Positions 26,608 through 38,800 of a DNA stretch of 64,000 nucleotides are shown here, piece by piece. This DNA is from Catajapyx aquilonaris (lineage: Eukaryota). The notes under the pieces are model-generated. The model made no database searches, was not told the origin of the DNA, and worked only from the letters and a program-made list of their open reading frames with translations. How positions within the stretch are numbered: position 1 is the stretch's first letter; every line of letters begins with the position of its first letter. The stretch lies in the NCBI GenBank assembly GCA_000934665.2, contig KZ538768.1, positions 62,001-126,000 on the forward strand, given 5' to 3'. Position numbers and translations under genes: made by a program.

Positions 26608-29411
26608 CCCCCCCCCCTCCCCAACCTCCCAACCTCCTCTTATGATGCATGGTCCTAGGCCGCGTGGGAGGTTCTCACGAAACCTGATCAATTGCTCAGA
26701 TTGGCGGCCCCAACTATCGCCCAGGATTATCCCTCAAAAAAAAAAAGGAGCCTACAGTGTGGAAGAAGTGACGTTTGGGATGCGCCTTTTTCGGTGCACG
26801 TCTTCCGAGTTAATCGAAACAAACGTCGTAAATTTGCAGGGTACGTTTTTTTAAAAAAAAAAAAAAATCTTTTTTTGAGTAATGTGACCGAGGGCTTGTG
26901 AACGCGATCGTTTCAGTTCTGCAGCGGATTAGGCGGCATAGTGTTGCTAATTTGCTTAAGCAATGGGATGGTAGTTGATGCTCGATTGATTCATGCGCCA
27001 ATTTGCGTTTGTAAAAATGTACGTAACGAGTGGACGTCATAAGTCAAGGTTAATATGATCCATCTCGGGTGCAAACGGGCCAACTGAATCCGGGCGGGAA
27101 ATAATTAAGCTCGGTTTTGTCGCATTTTCCTATTACTGTCGTATGATATGGTAATTGGGCGGGTCGAGTGGGGGGCGTATGGATTGCCAATGGATGCAAA
27201 TAAAACAAGGGACTTGTATGCCCGGGACTATTCCTTTCTAACTCGTTAAGCTGACAAATTGCGTTGGGTCTTGCTCGGATGATTGTGGCATAAGTGGTGT
27301 ATGAGCAATTACGCCGAGCGAGTGTGCTGTCCGGCTGACACACGACCTCCCAAAAACAATGCGCGAATCAATGTTGCGACAGTAATGCCATAAATAATTC
27401 GCGGGGTCCACTTTTGTGTCTCTGAGGCTGCGTGTTAATGTCGCCATTTCTCATAGAGTCAACCACAGGTTTGTGACGTTTTTCTTCATTGATAATTTAG
27501 TGTGCGTGTAAATTGTGTAGGATTTGTCGGTTTGGGAATGGAGGGAGGCAGGGGAGGGAGGAGACACGTACACACACAGACACACACCACTTTATATGCT
27601 CTCTATAGTAAGTAATAGGATGACATATACAGGACATACCCAAGGCTGAACTGAGTTTCGAATTCCTTTCAGATTTCCGTTCAGCCACAAAAGTCATAGG
27701 GAAGGTGTAAGTGCCTTTTGTTCCTTTTTTGAATTTTATTGTTTCTAATATTTTTGGGAAATTTTTATTATTCATTTTTTACATTTTTATTTTTCTTTAT
27801 TATTATTATTATAATTTTTTATTATTACTTCTCCATACTAGTTGTTTCCACGGGTGCTGATTCCTTTTTTTGACCCTTTGTCTTAGTCTGACCCTCTTTC
27901 AACCTGTACCTACCCCCAATGCAGTGGTCTTACGGCAAGAAAAAGTTGGAAGCGGTGAAGATAAATCTCACATCCTGTTGGGGATTTTTTTTTTCCGAGC
28001 CTAGTTTTTTTTTTCTCTCTCCCTCCAACATGCATATGCATCGCCCGCATTAACATTATTTTTAATATCGTAGAATAGTGGAGCTTGAGAGTGAAGAAAT
28101 TTTTCTTTGTGCATTTCCTTGGCACAAGCTCGTCGCATTTTTATTATGTGTATTTTTTTAACGCCTTACCCTTCAGCGCTTGTTGCATTGCCTGCTTTTT
28201 TTTCATATCATATGCATGACTTTAGTGTATATTTTTCTACTGTGGCATTCATCATCGCCTGGGCTGAGAGCTCAGGTGATGAAATCGCATGGTAGGAATA
28301 TTTTTGCACCATTTTTTACGCTACGTTGTATGGCACAAAAGGCGTTGCTTCTCCCATGCTCCACGTCGAATAGGGTCGGCCGTAAGACCACTGCTGCATC
28401 CATCATTTACTTTGGATGAGAAGTTGGTTGGGTGGTTGGTTAATTTTTCACTCGCGGCCTTATTGGGGAACTTGAATCTCATCCCAAAGAAAAGAAAAGA
28501 AGAAGAAACGAAAAGAAAGAAAAAAAAAGTCTAAAGAAATTGTCAAGTTTTCCCCCTCACACCACTTCCACCCGGTCCACTGGTAAGCCTACGAAGTTCC
28601 CAAAAAAGCAGGTACACCTTTTCGTTCTTATTTTGAATTCTGCCAATCTTTTTAGCCTGATTTTTTCCATTATTATATTATATTATTAGTGTTTCTTATA
28701 TATATATATATATTTTTTGGTCTACTACTCATCATGCTCGAGGTATTTAATTGTGCCGTCAAAATCTGCCATTAACGACTGGCACCTCCCTCTTTAGTTA
28801 TCGATTAATAGAAAACTGTCGGGTAAGTATGTGATGACAGATGATGCCTACGTGAGGTTTAGTTGAGGGGTTTCAATCAGACCTTGTTGTGGAGGTAAGC
28901 AATTATTTCTACTTGTCTACACTTACATAGGCCTGTCACCTAACGTAATAGTCAGGTATGGTTCCTTTGTGCTCGAATATTTTTTTTTGTTTATCTGCGT
29001 ATAAAAAGGCGGTGGAGGGAGTGGGGGTATGAGGGAGTGGGGAGGAAGTCTAAGTTAATAAAATAAATTCCTCATTCGGCGTGCTACATTGTAAGGAATA
29101 TTGCTTCATAAAATGTCATAACGCGCGACAGCACAGATTGGTTCGGGCAAGCCTATGCATTCGCAATGCCGGAGGGTTTTTTTTCTATTTTTTTATATTT
29201 TCTCTCTTTCTCTCTCCCTCCTCGTGCTGTTGGTGGAACTCAAAAAAAGTGTTTCCGCGGCCATAATAAAAGGGAATAAACAACGTTTGGGCACTTTCTT
29301 TGGCAGCTGCGGTCTAGTCATGTTCCGTCCCCTGTTCTTGTATGAGTATTACTGGTTTTATTTATCGTTGCCGTAACGTTTTGTTGGCTTTTAACCAAAT
29401 TGGAGCGGGGC

Positions 29412-29524
29412 TTTTTTCTTCTTCTTCTTCTTCTTCTTCTTTCCCCCCTCCCTCTGTGCTCCGGTTCCTTTTCTGCAGTCCGAGTGGGAGGGGAGGGAAA
29501 AGAAGAAGAAGAAGAAGAAAAAAA
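29412..29524. repeat. Inverted microsatellite pair (TTC)n ... (GAA)n
   Basis: T6(CTT)7-CTTTCCCCCCTCC at 29412-29452 is complementary to GGGAGGGGAGGGAAAA(GAA)6-A-run at 29486-29524. Confidence 0.9.
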
Positions 29525-29740
29525 TTCGGTCCCTCCTTCGTAAGAAAACAACTCGGTTTACTGCCATTGTTGCTGCAAATTGCTGGAATCATAAGGCTTA
29601 CACTAGTGCCGCCAAATAAATGGAGTCGTCCGAGTCACTCCGGGAATGGTAAAAGCTTAAAACATACGGGAGCAGACGCAGTTTGTCTCAACAAAGACCT
29701 AGCTTAGGATGACTTTTTGGAACTCTGGTTGTACAATGTA

Positions 29741-29934
29741 CAGGGTGTGGCACAACGAAAACATTCGGTGCATTTTTTCCCCCCTCCCAAAAGCTGGTTT
29801 TTGGTAGAAGTACTTAAGACATTTTTTTTAAACAATAGTTTTTGGGGCTGTTGCCCCGCTGTCAAAAGTTGGACAATAAATGTAATGTTTCGGAGGAATA
29901 AGACACACCGATGAGTTTTAAAGTACACACTCTG
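29741..29934. mobile_element. Degenerate Tc1/mariner-type MITE
   Basis: TA-CAGGGTGTG...AAAACATTCGGTG at the left and CACCGATGAGTTTT...CACACTCTG-TA at the right form imperfect ~30-bp inverted termini with a TA duplication. Confidence 0.6.
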
Positions 29935-32534
29935 TAAAAGGGAAGGTAAGTGAGACCGCTTCAATACATTTGAACCCTGAACCACTCTATAAAGATGGAT
30001 CGCATGACCAACCAACCAAATCAGCAAGTCAACGGGACCCGCCTACCAAAAACGGTACAAATTTTTTCCCAAATTTTCACCATTTTTTTTCTCTCATCTC
30101 GTCGTGTGTGAACTTGCCAAAAAAATATATACTATGACGTAATGCCGGCTGCATTTGCATGACTAAGATAGGCATGAAATTACCCTAACGATGTCAGAGT
30201 GACGTGCTGGACTCTGAGTGCACAAAATTTTTGGGGAAATGTTGAGGAAATGTGCAGAGTGGGGTGGGGGGTGTTTCCTTTCTCCGGACCCTTTTTTTAT
30301 ATGGAAGGGGGCCCTCCCCCACCCCCTCCATTCCCATGCACCCCACCTCTCCCCCCCCCTCTACCAGCCCATTGATTTCATATTCATGGCAACTTCAGTC
30401 ATCTCTCCCACATATTGAAATGCAAATCCAAATTAAGGAGCGCTTTTTTCGAAAGCCCTTAAAGTACCGCTCTTAACAATATTGCCCCTTTTAAGGAACG
30501 CCCTTTTAAGGAACTTGCCCCATCCATTCCAAAGGCTAATTTGCATAACCATCGAAATTGCAACGCCGCTGCTCCTGACTCGCGCTGTTGCGGATAAAAA
30601 AGGAAGAGGATGGGAAGGGGGTAGGGTAACTACTGTCGGTTTAACAGAGAGCCCATGTACTTTATGTACGTATAGACTACAGATCGCCATTGATACTTTT
30701 TTCCCCCCCGTGTTTTTGAGGTGGACTGGTGGGGCGATAGGAGGGCTCTTTTATGTGGTGGAAATGGCTATTTTTTATATCAAAATGTGGGTCTGAAGGA
30801 ATTTTTCGGTAGGGTGGGGGAAAAAAGGGGTGTCGCGGTTTGTGTGGGAAGGTGAGTGTTTTTGAACCGGAGGACCGCCGCTGCCACTCTTTGGCGATGA
30901 TGCGACCAGGCCATAATTTTGTAATGATATGTACCGCTCCCGACTATATGCATTTCAACGTTATTAATTAATTAAAAGGTTTGATTTTCATTGGACACTA
31001 ATTACACACAGTCCTATAAATTAAATATTAGGCCTCGTGCATCACAGAAACCTGATTGACTTGGATGGGAAATTATTGTGCCCGCACCGCAAACAGAACC
31101 GGCCGTTTATGGTCGCATGTGCACAAACAAGGGTGCAACGGCCGGTTTGTCCGGAAAAAAAGAGACATAGAGAGGGCAATATCTCAACATCGACGTGGGG
31201 CTATTGCTATTTTCACGCCTCGTAAGGGTATAGGTCCTTCCACCATGGGTATAGGGAATTTCTGCTCAGATGATGAAATAATTCCACCTTGAAAAGAATG
31301 TTTCCTTCTCCCCTCTCTCTCTCTGGGTTGTTTTTTTCCCCCCTCGCAAAGTTGGTGGAAGAGGTGAAATTATTGTTCTCTTGGATTGATGAGGCTGCTG
31401 TCACCTTGTGCCTTTTCGAAACGCTTATTAATTTCTTTTTTAATGGGCCAGATTTTTGGGGGATTTCGTCTCACCCTCCCTCCACACATTTTTTCCCCCC
31501 TCCTATGGACCAGTACCTTTTTAGACCCCCAGCTATTTTTATCTCCACCTCTCCCACACAAAAAAGGGGGCCCTCCCCCGTCGGAGTGATCCATCCACCC
31601 TTCACCCCCACCTCTACAACCTGTGCCTCACCCTCCCACCCCCTCGGTTCGTAATTATTGCATAGGCTCTCCAAATCCGGCGGAAACCCCTGGGCTTCCC
31701 GTCCTCCCGGCAAAAGCCTAATCCAATCATCAGATCGACATTAAATGTTGCAAAAGTTTATGACTTGCATTGGAAAGCCTTGTAATGAATCATCGCAGCC
31801 AGCTGGGTCTCCCCTCCCCCCTCTGCTATCTCCATCCCCCCTCCCTCACCCCTCCCTTTCTCTCTCTGCACATTAGGGTACCCGCCGATAGGAAGTAATG
31901 TTATTATTTCGCGGACAGATGGCGTTCCGGTCCAAGATGAGCTAACATGGCGGCTCTTTTTTTAAACAAAAAAAAAACCTTCCCTCCCTCCCTCCCCCAC
32001 CTCCCAATACTCGAAATGGTTTTAATTTTGTTTGACACGTTTATATGCCACGTTCAGTCCCACTTTTTTTTCTGACTATAAAGCTGTACTGCGTCATTTT
32101 GTAAATGGAATTGTCACTTGGCGGTTAGTTAAATGACAGGATCGTTTTGATGTGCAGATTTCAATTATCCCACATTTCAGTTCGGGCTCTCTGTCATCTT
32201 TTTTTTTTTTTCGGAGCGAATATACTTGGGCATTAATGTATTGCATAAGGTTCTTAACATTTTTTTTTGTGAATGTTTCGTTTCGATTTCGTACATCGGT
32301 AATTGAGGTATGCGTTGAGTAATTGGCTCCGGCAAGAGCGGCGGGAAATCAATCGTTACGACTGTTACGAGTAGATCGATCTGCCCTCCTCCACCCCCAC
32401 CACCTCCCCTCAACTCTTTTCTTCTCTCTATATATATTTTCATATATATCTTGGTCTGAAAACACAGCGGTGTATTTTCTCTTCATCCCTTGAACTGGAA
32501 TTTTTTTTTCTTCCCTACCTGTGCTTGTTCGCAG

Positions 32535-32715
32535 TGAACGCCAAGCCACTGACATTCGACGACGTTTACAACCAGTCCAGTCCAACCAACTGCACCGTAT
32601 ACTGCGGCGGCATCACCAACGGGCTCAGTGAAGAGCTCATGCAGAAGACATTCTCCCCCTTTGGACAGATTCAGGAAATCCGAGTCTTCAAGGACAAGGG
32701 TTACGCCTTCATCAG
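32535..32715 (+). CDS. TIAR: TIA-1/TIAR exon, RRM3 first part: (V)[59 protein letters not shown](R)
   Basis: TTCGCAG| acceptor and CAG|GTTAGT donor. RNP2 VYCGGI and RNP1 KGYAFIRF of TIA-1 RRM3. 181 nt, phase 1 to 2. Confidence 0.97.
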
Positions 32716-34070
32716 GTTAGTCTCGCCTATTCAGCCTCTGTGTATGCATGAAATGTCACGACTTTAAAACGGGACACTTTGTAAATAATAATGGCTTTAC
32801 CTCCGAATACTATCTGCGCATTGTTTTTGCAATGCAAAAATTGATATGTCCCGTTTGGAAGTCAGCGACAGGAAAAATTGTAGCATTTACGTCCCCCCCA
32901 AGTAGTGTAGATGGGTGCGACATTGTCATGGACGCACGCACACACACACACAAAAAGTACTCGAATGTTGGGGGAGTAACCTCCCCTGTCGATCCACATC
33001 ATACACCGGGATTTTCCTGGGTCATTTCCATGCCCCGGCGTCGTGTTTGCTTTTAACGCAAAAACTAATCACGCTAATTCCCTGTCGGGGACGATTCTCT
33101 TAGCAAATCCCTATCAGTATGCAACATAACCGACCCGGTAATAATTTAAGATAACAATTCCAATGACAGGGCTGTGATGAAGCGGAATGGAATTGGGGGA
33201 GATCCGTTCTGGGAGCAAGGCTTTTTTTTTTTTTTTTTTTTTTTTTTGGTGGGTGGGGGGGCATAACCCGGAGTCAAGTAGCGTTCACCTTTTTTTTTCG
33301 GTACCAGTGAGCCAGGGCAAACTGATAGCATGGGAGCGAAGTTTATACAGTGCTGGAAAATTCTAAACGGTGGAGCAAAAAAAAATGGGGGAGTATATCA
33401 CGAGCGGCCAGTTTTGCAAATGTGTAGAACTGTAAACACAGGGTGGGGGGGTGGTCGAAAAAAGGCACAGTATAGGCTGCTACTCCAGGGAAGCGCCTGA
33501 AAGGCATGGAATAGAATTCTGTAGGTGAATTCGAAATAGGTATAGATGCGAGAGTATACAGGGCATGTAACAGGAACGGAACAAAAAAAAAGATTGTGTG
33601 GGTGTGTGTGTGTGTGTGAGGGGGGGTGAGGGGTTTGTGGGGGAATGGCCTGGATGGCAATGCAACCATAACGCATTGTAATAGAACCATAGCTGTGCAC
33701 GGCCCTTTTGTAGTCAACAACTAGCATAATTACCATTAATGGAACGTCCATTTCCGCTTGGCATTTGGGGGGGCTACACGGGTCGCGTAAACGAGCCCCC
33801 GGTTCTATTAGTTGCGTCGGATTGGAAAGAAAAGAGCGATTGGTGCGTTGCAATAGGCACCAATGAAGCCCGCAGCGTCCCAATTCCATTTTGGGCTCCC
33901 ACGAGGTGCCTTCCAGCAGTCGCTTTCCTGTCGGATTAGACACCCCTCAGGGGGGGAGGGGAAAGGGTGGGTCTGCTGCACCCATCCACCCACACTATAC
34001 ATACCCATCTCTCTCTCTCTTTTGATTCAGTGTGAGTGTACTATGCCGGAACTCTTCTCTTTTTTTGCAG

Positions 34071-34200
34071 GTTCTCGACGAAAGAAGCCGCCACTCATGC
34101 CATCGTGGCCGTGCACAACACGGAGATCAATGGGCAGGCCGTCAAGTGCTCCTGGGGGAAGGAATCGGGGGACCCCAACAACGCCCAGACGCCTGGACAG
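34071..34200 (+). CDS. TIAR: TIA-1/TIAR exon, end of RRM3: FSTKEAATHAIVAVHNTEINGQAVKCSWGKESGDPNNAQTPGQ
   Basis: TTTTTTGCAG| acceptor and CAG|GTGAGA donor. VKCSWGKE motif. 130 nt, phase 2 to 0. Confidence 0.97.
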
Positions 34201-35695
34201 GTGAGAAAGAGACAGGCAAACACGCTGTCCGATTGTACACCGGTGCACCCCCGGTCCGTACAGGAGATATACATGGGCTACACTTTGTCGGAGGCTTTGC
34301 AGGAGGGTTTGTTACGAGACCAAAGGGGCACTAGAGGATCCTTTTACTTGGAGATGTGTCTCTGAAGCTTCGTTAATTAGATAATTTTGATTCAGTTAGA
34401 AATGTAGTTTTTGTTCAGAGCCAGCCCACCTGACGTACATTGTCTGGACGAATGCTAGCTACACCTGCAGTGAACTCGCAGTTTAAATTACAACTGCTTT
34501 GTAACTCTTATTTAAATGAAAAGGGCAGGTTTGCATATCTTCCGCGATATTTGAGGCCGAATGACAGACGCCAAAATGATCCTCTGAGAGGCCAGTGATA
34601 CAATGCCACGGTAACTTCCAGAATTCAGTTGCACTTTGAAAAGTCTCTTGTCACGACTGTATATGGAGAAGGCAGGCAGGCAGTCTGACAAGTGAAGTAT
34701 TTCCCAGATAAGGTGCCTTTATTATGCTGCTCCGAGCCTATATATACGTGATGCTCAGGACGGTACATTGCACGGGGTGGGATTAGTTGGGTAGTTTCTG
34801 ACAGTTGGCCGACCGATCAGGTAACATGACCTGCCCGTTCAAACTGGGTTAAAGGAGGAACAATCGGGGGGGTTCGGCTATTTTGCTGTAGAGAGAAAGA
34901 GCGGGCGGCCCCGCTGATAGCCTGTGAGAAAACCGGGCTTTGAAGTTTGTGTTCATTATGGAAAGTTGTATGCCGGCTATTGGTTCGCGGGTGGCCACAG
35001 GGGGGGAACCTGCCTGCCTTGTCTGCCTGCATGTATTTCTAGAGCAAGAAAGTTTGAATCCTCCTCCTCCTCCTGCCTTTTGATATGCTTACTTATCTCA
35101 AATTGGCCCCAAGTGGCGATTGCTTCCCGTGCACAGGGAGAGGTCAGCTGTGCCGTAATTCGGTATATATGCCGTTAACCAGAGTTGCAGCTCAGGCTTA
35201 CTCTCGTGTAAACTCACACGATGTACCAAAGGGTCAGTACATCCGCATTAATATTTAGACCCTAGCCCATGACCCCGCATGTCGCAGGAGGTAGTCTTAT
35301 CCAGGTGTGGAAAAATATACACTCTTCACTATCATGACGGCAGAATAAACACGGGCGTTCCGTCCTCCAGTGTTGAAGGCTTAAACTGATCTCCATACTT
35401 GGCTCCCACCAGCTACTGTAACTGGAGGGCTTAGGCTGCGGCCCTGCAAGGCTGTCAAGGAGTACATGTAACTTACAGTCACCCAGATCCGCTTTTAAAT
35501 ACATTTCCACGTAGTAAATAAGCACGATCTGCTCCAACGTCATGTTTACCCCCCTGGCAAAAGGAACTTTCTTGTAATCACTCGTAAGAATGCGTCTCAT
35601 TGCATTCTCAAAGTACTGGCAGAGAAAGCTGGTTTTTCCTTGTCCTTAATCGGATCTTGCACTGATTCCATTCCGTCTTTCTTCTCTTTCGGCAG

Positions 35696-35862
35696 TTCCC
35701 TTACCCAACGACGCTAGCAGGTGCGCAGTACCCGTACCCCTACGGGCAGCAGATGAGTTACTGGTACCCGCAAGGCTACCCGGCGCAGATGCAGGGGCAG
35801 TTCTTGCAGGGTATGCAGGGCTACACTTACGGCCAGTTCGGATACCAGCAAGGCTATATGGG
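35696..35862 (+). CDS. TIAR: TIA-1/TIAR exon, Q/Y/G-rich prion-like domain: FPYPTTLAGAQYPYPYGQQMSYWYPQGYPAQMQGQFLQGMQGYTYGQFGYQQGYM(G)
   Basis: Not in the ORF track; read manually. CTGAT branch-like motif, pyrimidine tract, GGCAG| acceptor and TGGG|GTGAGT donor. Open frame with Q/Y/G bias. 167 nt, phase 0 to 2, fitting both neighbours. Confidence 0.93.
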
Positions 35863-38724
35863 GTGAGTATAATTTGACCGACGAATCGATGACTCCTTCG
35901 AGGATTGGCCCCGCCTCAATGAATTAGGATTATTGTAGCTGTGTCCTTCATTTTTATTATGGTGGTAATAAATGGTGTATGCAGCTCGAAACAAACTTTA
36001 TTTTCTTTTCACATTTCGATGCATGTTTCCCGAGGACATTTCTTTTTTTGGGAGGGTGAGTCAGGAACGAGGATCGCTGCTCAGAAAGAGACAAAAAGCG
36101 TTTTAGTTGCCACCTGCTGATGCTGGGGGCACCTGCCAGAAGGCGCGCCACTACATCTCGCCCTATTGTTGCGGACAGGCTCCGAGGCTTCATCTAGGTC
36201 ACCGTCTTCAACACCAGTGCTGCCATGTGGCGTGAAGCATGTCTGTGGCGCAAAAAAACAAAAAAACAAACAATATACCTGAACTTGTTGTAAGCGACAG
36301 AAATATTGGACATGTTTTAGATGTACCCAAGGTCCGACACAGACAGGCTTCACTCTGCTAGTTTGGCATGTAGAGTGGCAGCAGTGGGCGAAGATATGCA
36401 GTTTTTGGAGCTTTTCCACAACATTTTGAGAGATGTAGTACTTGCACGAGAAGTGTGGGCGGAAGACACCGCTGCAACGTATAGTCACGATCAGGGTTGC
36501 AAATTGCGTGGCGATAATAGTTTGTGGATATATTTTTATTTATCGTGTGGCCTATCATTTGCTACCCATGTCGTGATTGTTCAGAGCTTCCGGCCACGCT
36601 TCCTCTGACATTTTGGACCAGACAGACCGAATGATCCGTGACGTGTGATGTCACATCAGTCGCCTCTTCACTGGCAGGTGATTTTTTTTCCTTTTTTTTT
36701 TTGCTGTGCTTGATTTCCGTTTCAGTTTTCGTATTTCTTTTTTGCAAGCTCTTTTTTTCAGATTTTTAGGGCTCAATATCCCGCGTGCTCTCATTGGAGA
36801 TAACCAATATCAACGGGTACTGATAAACGTGGCGGGTAACACCTATTACCTGCACGGGTCCAGCGTACAATTGTCCACGCAATTTACAGTTCGATTACCA
36901 AATAATCCTGCTCATTTATTCCATGCACACTAAATTGTATGAATAATATTGCCCCGTTAAGCGCCGCAATTTCGCAAGAGAAGGGCCAGCCAGACCAACC
37001 CTCTCTCTCTCTCTCGATTACAATGACACATGTAGTACGTGTATGCAGTGGTCACTCTCATGTGTGCACTAGACTTTTTCCCCCTACTCCTGGAGAGCAA
37101 TGCAAGTTCGACTCGCTCGCTGACCATGTTTGCAACTTCGCTGGAGTTGGCAGTAGGTAGTACGGGATTTATTTGCTGATTTTTTTTTGTGTGTATGTGT
37201 GTGTGTGTGCTTCCACTCTCTTTTTTTTGGTGGATTGGGGGGGATTGCAGTAGAATTAGTCGAAGCGTAATTACTGACCGCGGGTGGCTCAGCCTGGCAT
37301 ACCGATATGATGCAAAACGTAATGCCTGCAGTGACGCACCTCTCAAGTAGGGTAGGGGTGGGTTGGAGAGTGGGGGCGATTAAATGCAAAACATGCTGGT
37401 CTGAGCGTATCCATCATGATACTAACATATAGGAAGAGTGTATGTATAGTTGGGTCATGTGGATGGAAGGGGGGTATAAAGCACCTACTAACACACTCAC
37501 ATCGCAATGGGACATTACCGATTATTAATTGAGGAGCATGGCGTTCGAGCAAGTAATTTGGGCGCTCAATCCATTCATGCAGTTTTGCCACAACCATTTC
37601 CAACTCGAATCACTGCCTGTTATGCGGGGGTTTCGGATCATCACTTTGCTTCTTGCATCAGCCTGTCCTCTTTTTGGGGGGAAGCTTCCTTTTTTTTTTT
37701 GTACGGGTTCAAAGTAGCGAATCGGAGCTCTGGAAACTGCAGGGCGACACGTCATAATTTCTCTTGTTGGCAGCAGAATCATATTTTGGCAGGAGTTGCA
37801 GTGAAGCACTCCGATTTGAGGACAAATGTGGGAAAATTTTAACTAAAATTGAGCCACTTCTGAAAGAAAAAGATATATTACAGATTGATGATTTCTTCCA
37901 ATAGTGGAGCTAAGTATGCCTGTGCTCAGAGGGACAACCAAGAGTAAGTTTTTTTTTCTCCCTGCTCCAGTCACCTAAGAATATTAGGTCGCAAAGTACA
38001 GCTAAATAGCTCCGTTAAACTAACTGAACCATCACGAACGTGCTCCTTGAATGACCCACTTGAGGACCCGCTGGGCTCTCTTCTCATTTCATCATGGGAC
38101 ACTCTCCTCTCAGAAATGATCCATCATGCTCAAGCTAATATCAGCATTCTTATATAATATTACTGCTTCCCTTGACATATAGAAGCAGCTTTAGGGTCCA
38201 AAAAAATGCGAACAATTTGAATGGTGAGACAATGCTGTTTCCTTTGAGTAGCTTTGGTGCTGAGTTGTTTCAATTTAGCTTTGGTTTCGGTGGCTCCCAA
38301 GGCAGTAGGGCGTGAGTGCATCAATAATTGGACACTGATTGATCGGTGGGTATTTACATGCAGCGTGTTCCAATGGAAGTGACCCTGGTGATTAGCGAGT
38401 CTTTGTCACTAAACTGCTAATTATTAAGCATTTGTAAGGATTAACACAAATATTAACAGCTAATATTAGGCCGAATGAAAACTGGTGTTAGATTGATCCA
38501 GGGCAGCCTGAAGTCTATTTTTGAACCATTAGCTTCCTGCAGCACATTAAAAGCATGTATTTAATATTAACCAGCATATTTTTTTCTGCTTGTTAATGAT
38601 GTAACAAGTCGCTGGTCATTGCATAAATTGGAAGACACTGCACATAGAGTGGTGCACTTGCCCGAGTCCACAGTCCAGCCCATTTTAAAGAGAGGCAAGC
38701 TGTTGGACTTGGAGCAATTGCATT

Positions 38725-38800
38725 GTTGGTGGTGTTTGTTGGTTGGTTGGTTGGTTGGGTGTTTGGTTGGTTGGGTGTTTGGTTGGTTGGTTGGTTGGTG
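38725..38800 (+). repeat. Imperfect (GGTT)n tetranucleotide repeat
   Basis: Directly visible; ends about 70 nt upstream of the 38871 acceptor. Confidence 0.9.

Noticed and set aside
26242..26854. ORFs spanning the N gap
   Set aside because: Artefacts of undetermined bases; the same applies to the ORFs at 54991-55704.
34201..34365. 54-codon read-through into the intron after RRM3 (isoform lacking the prion-like domain)
   Set aside because: An open stretch of this length is not unlikely by chance, and no nearby poly(A) signal was seen.
35715..35720. TAGCAG alternative acceptors inside the prion-like exon
   Set aside because: Both are out of frame relative to the phase-0 upstream exon.
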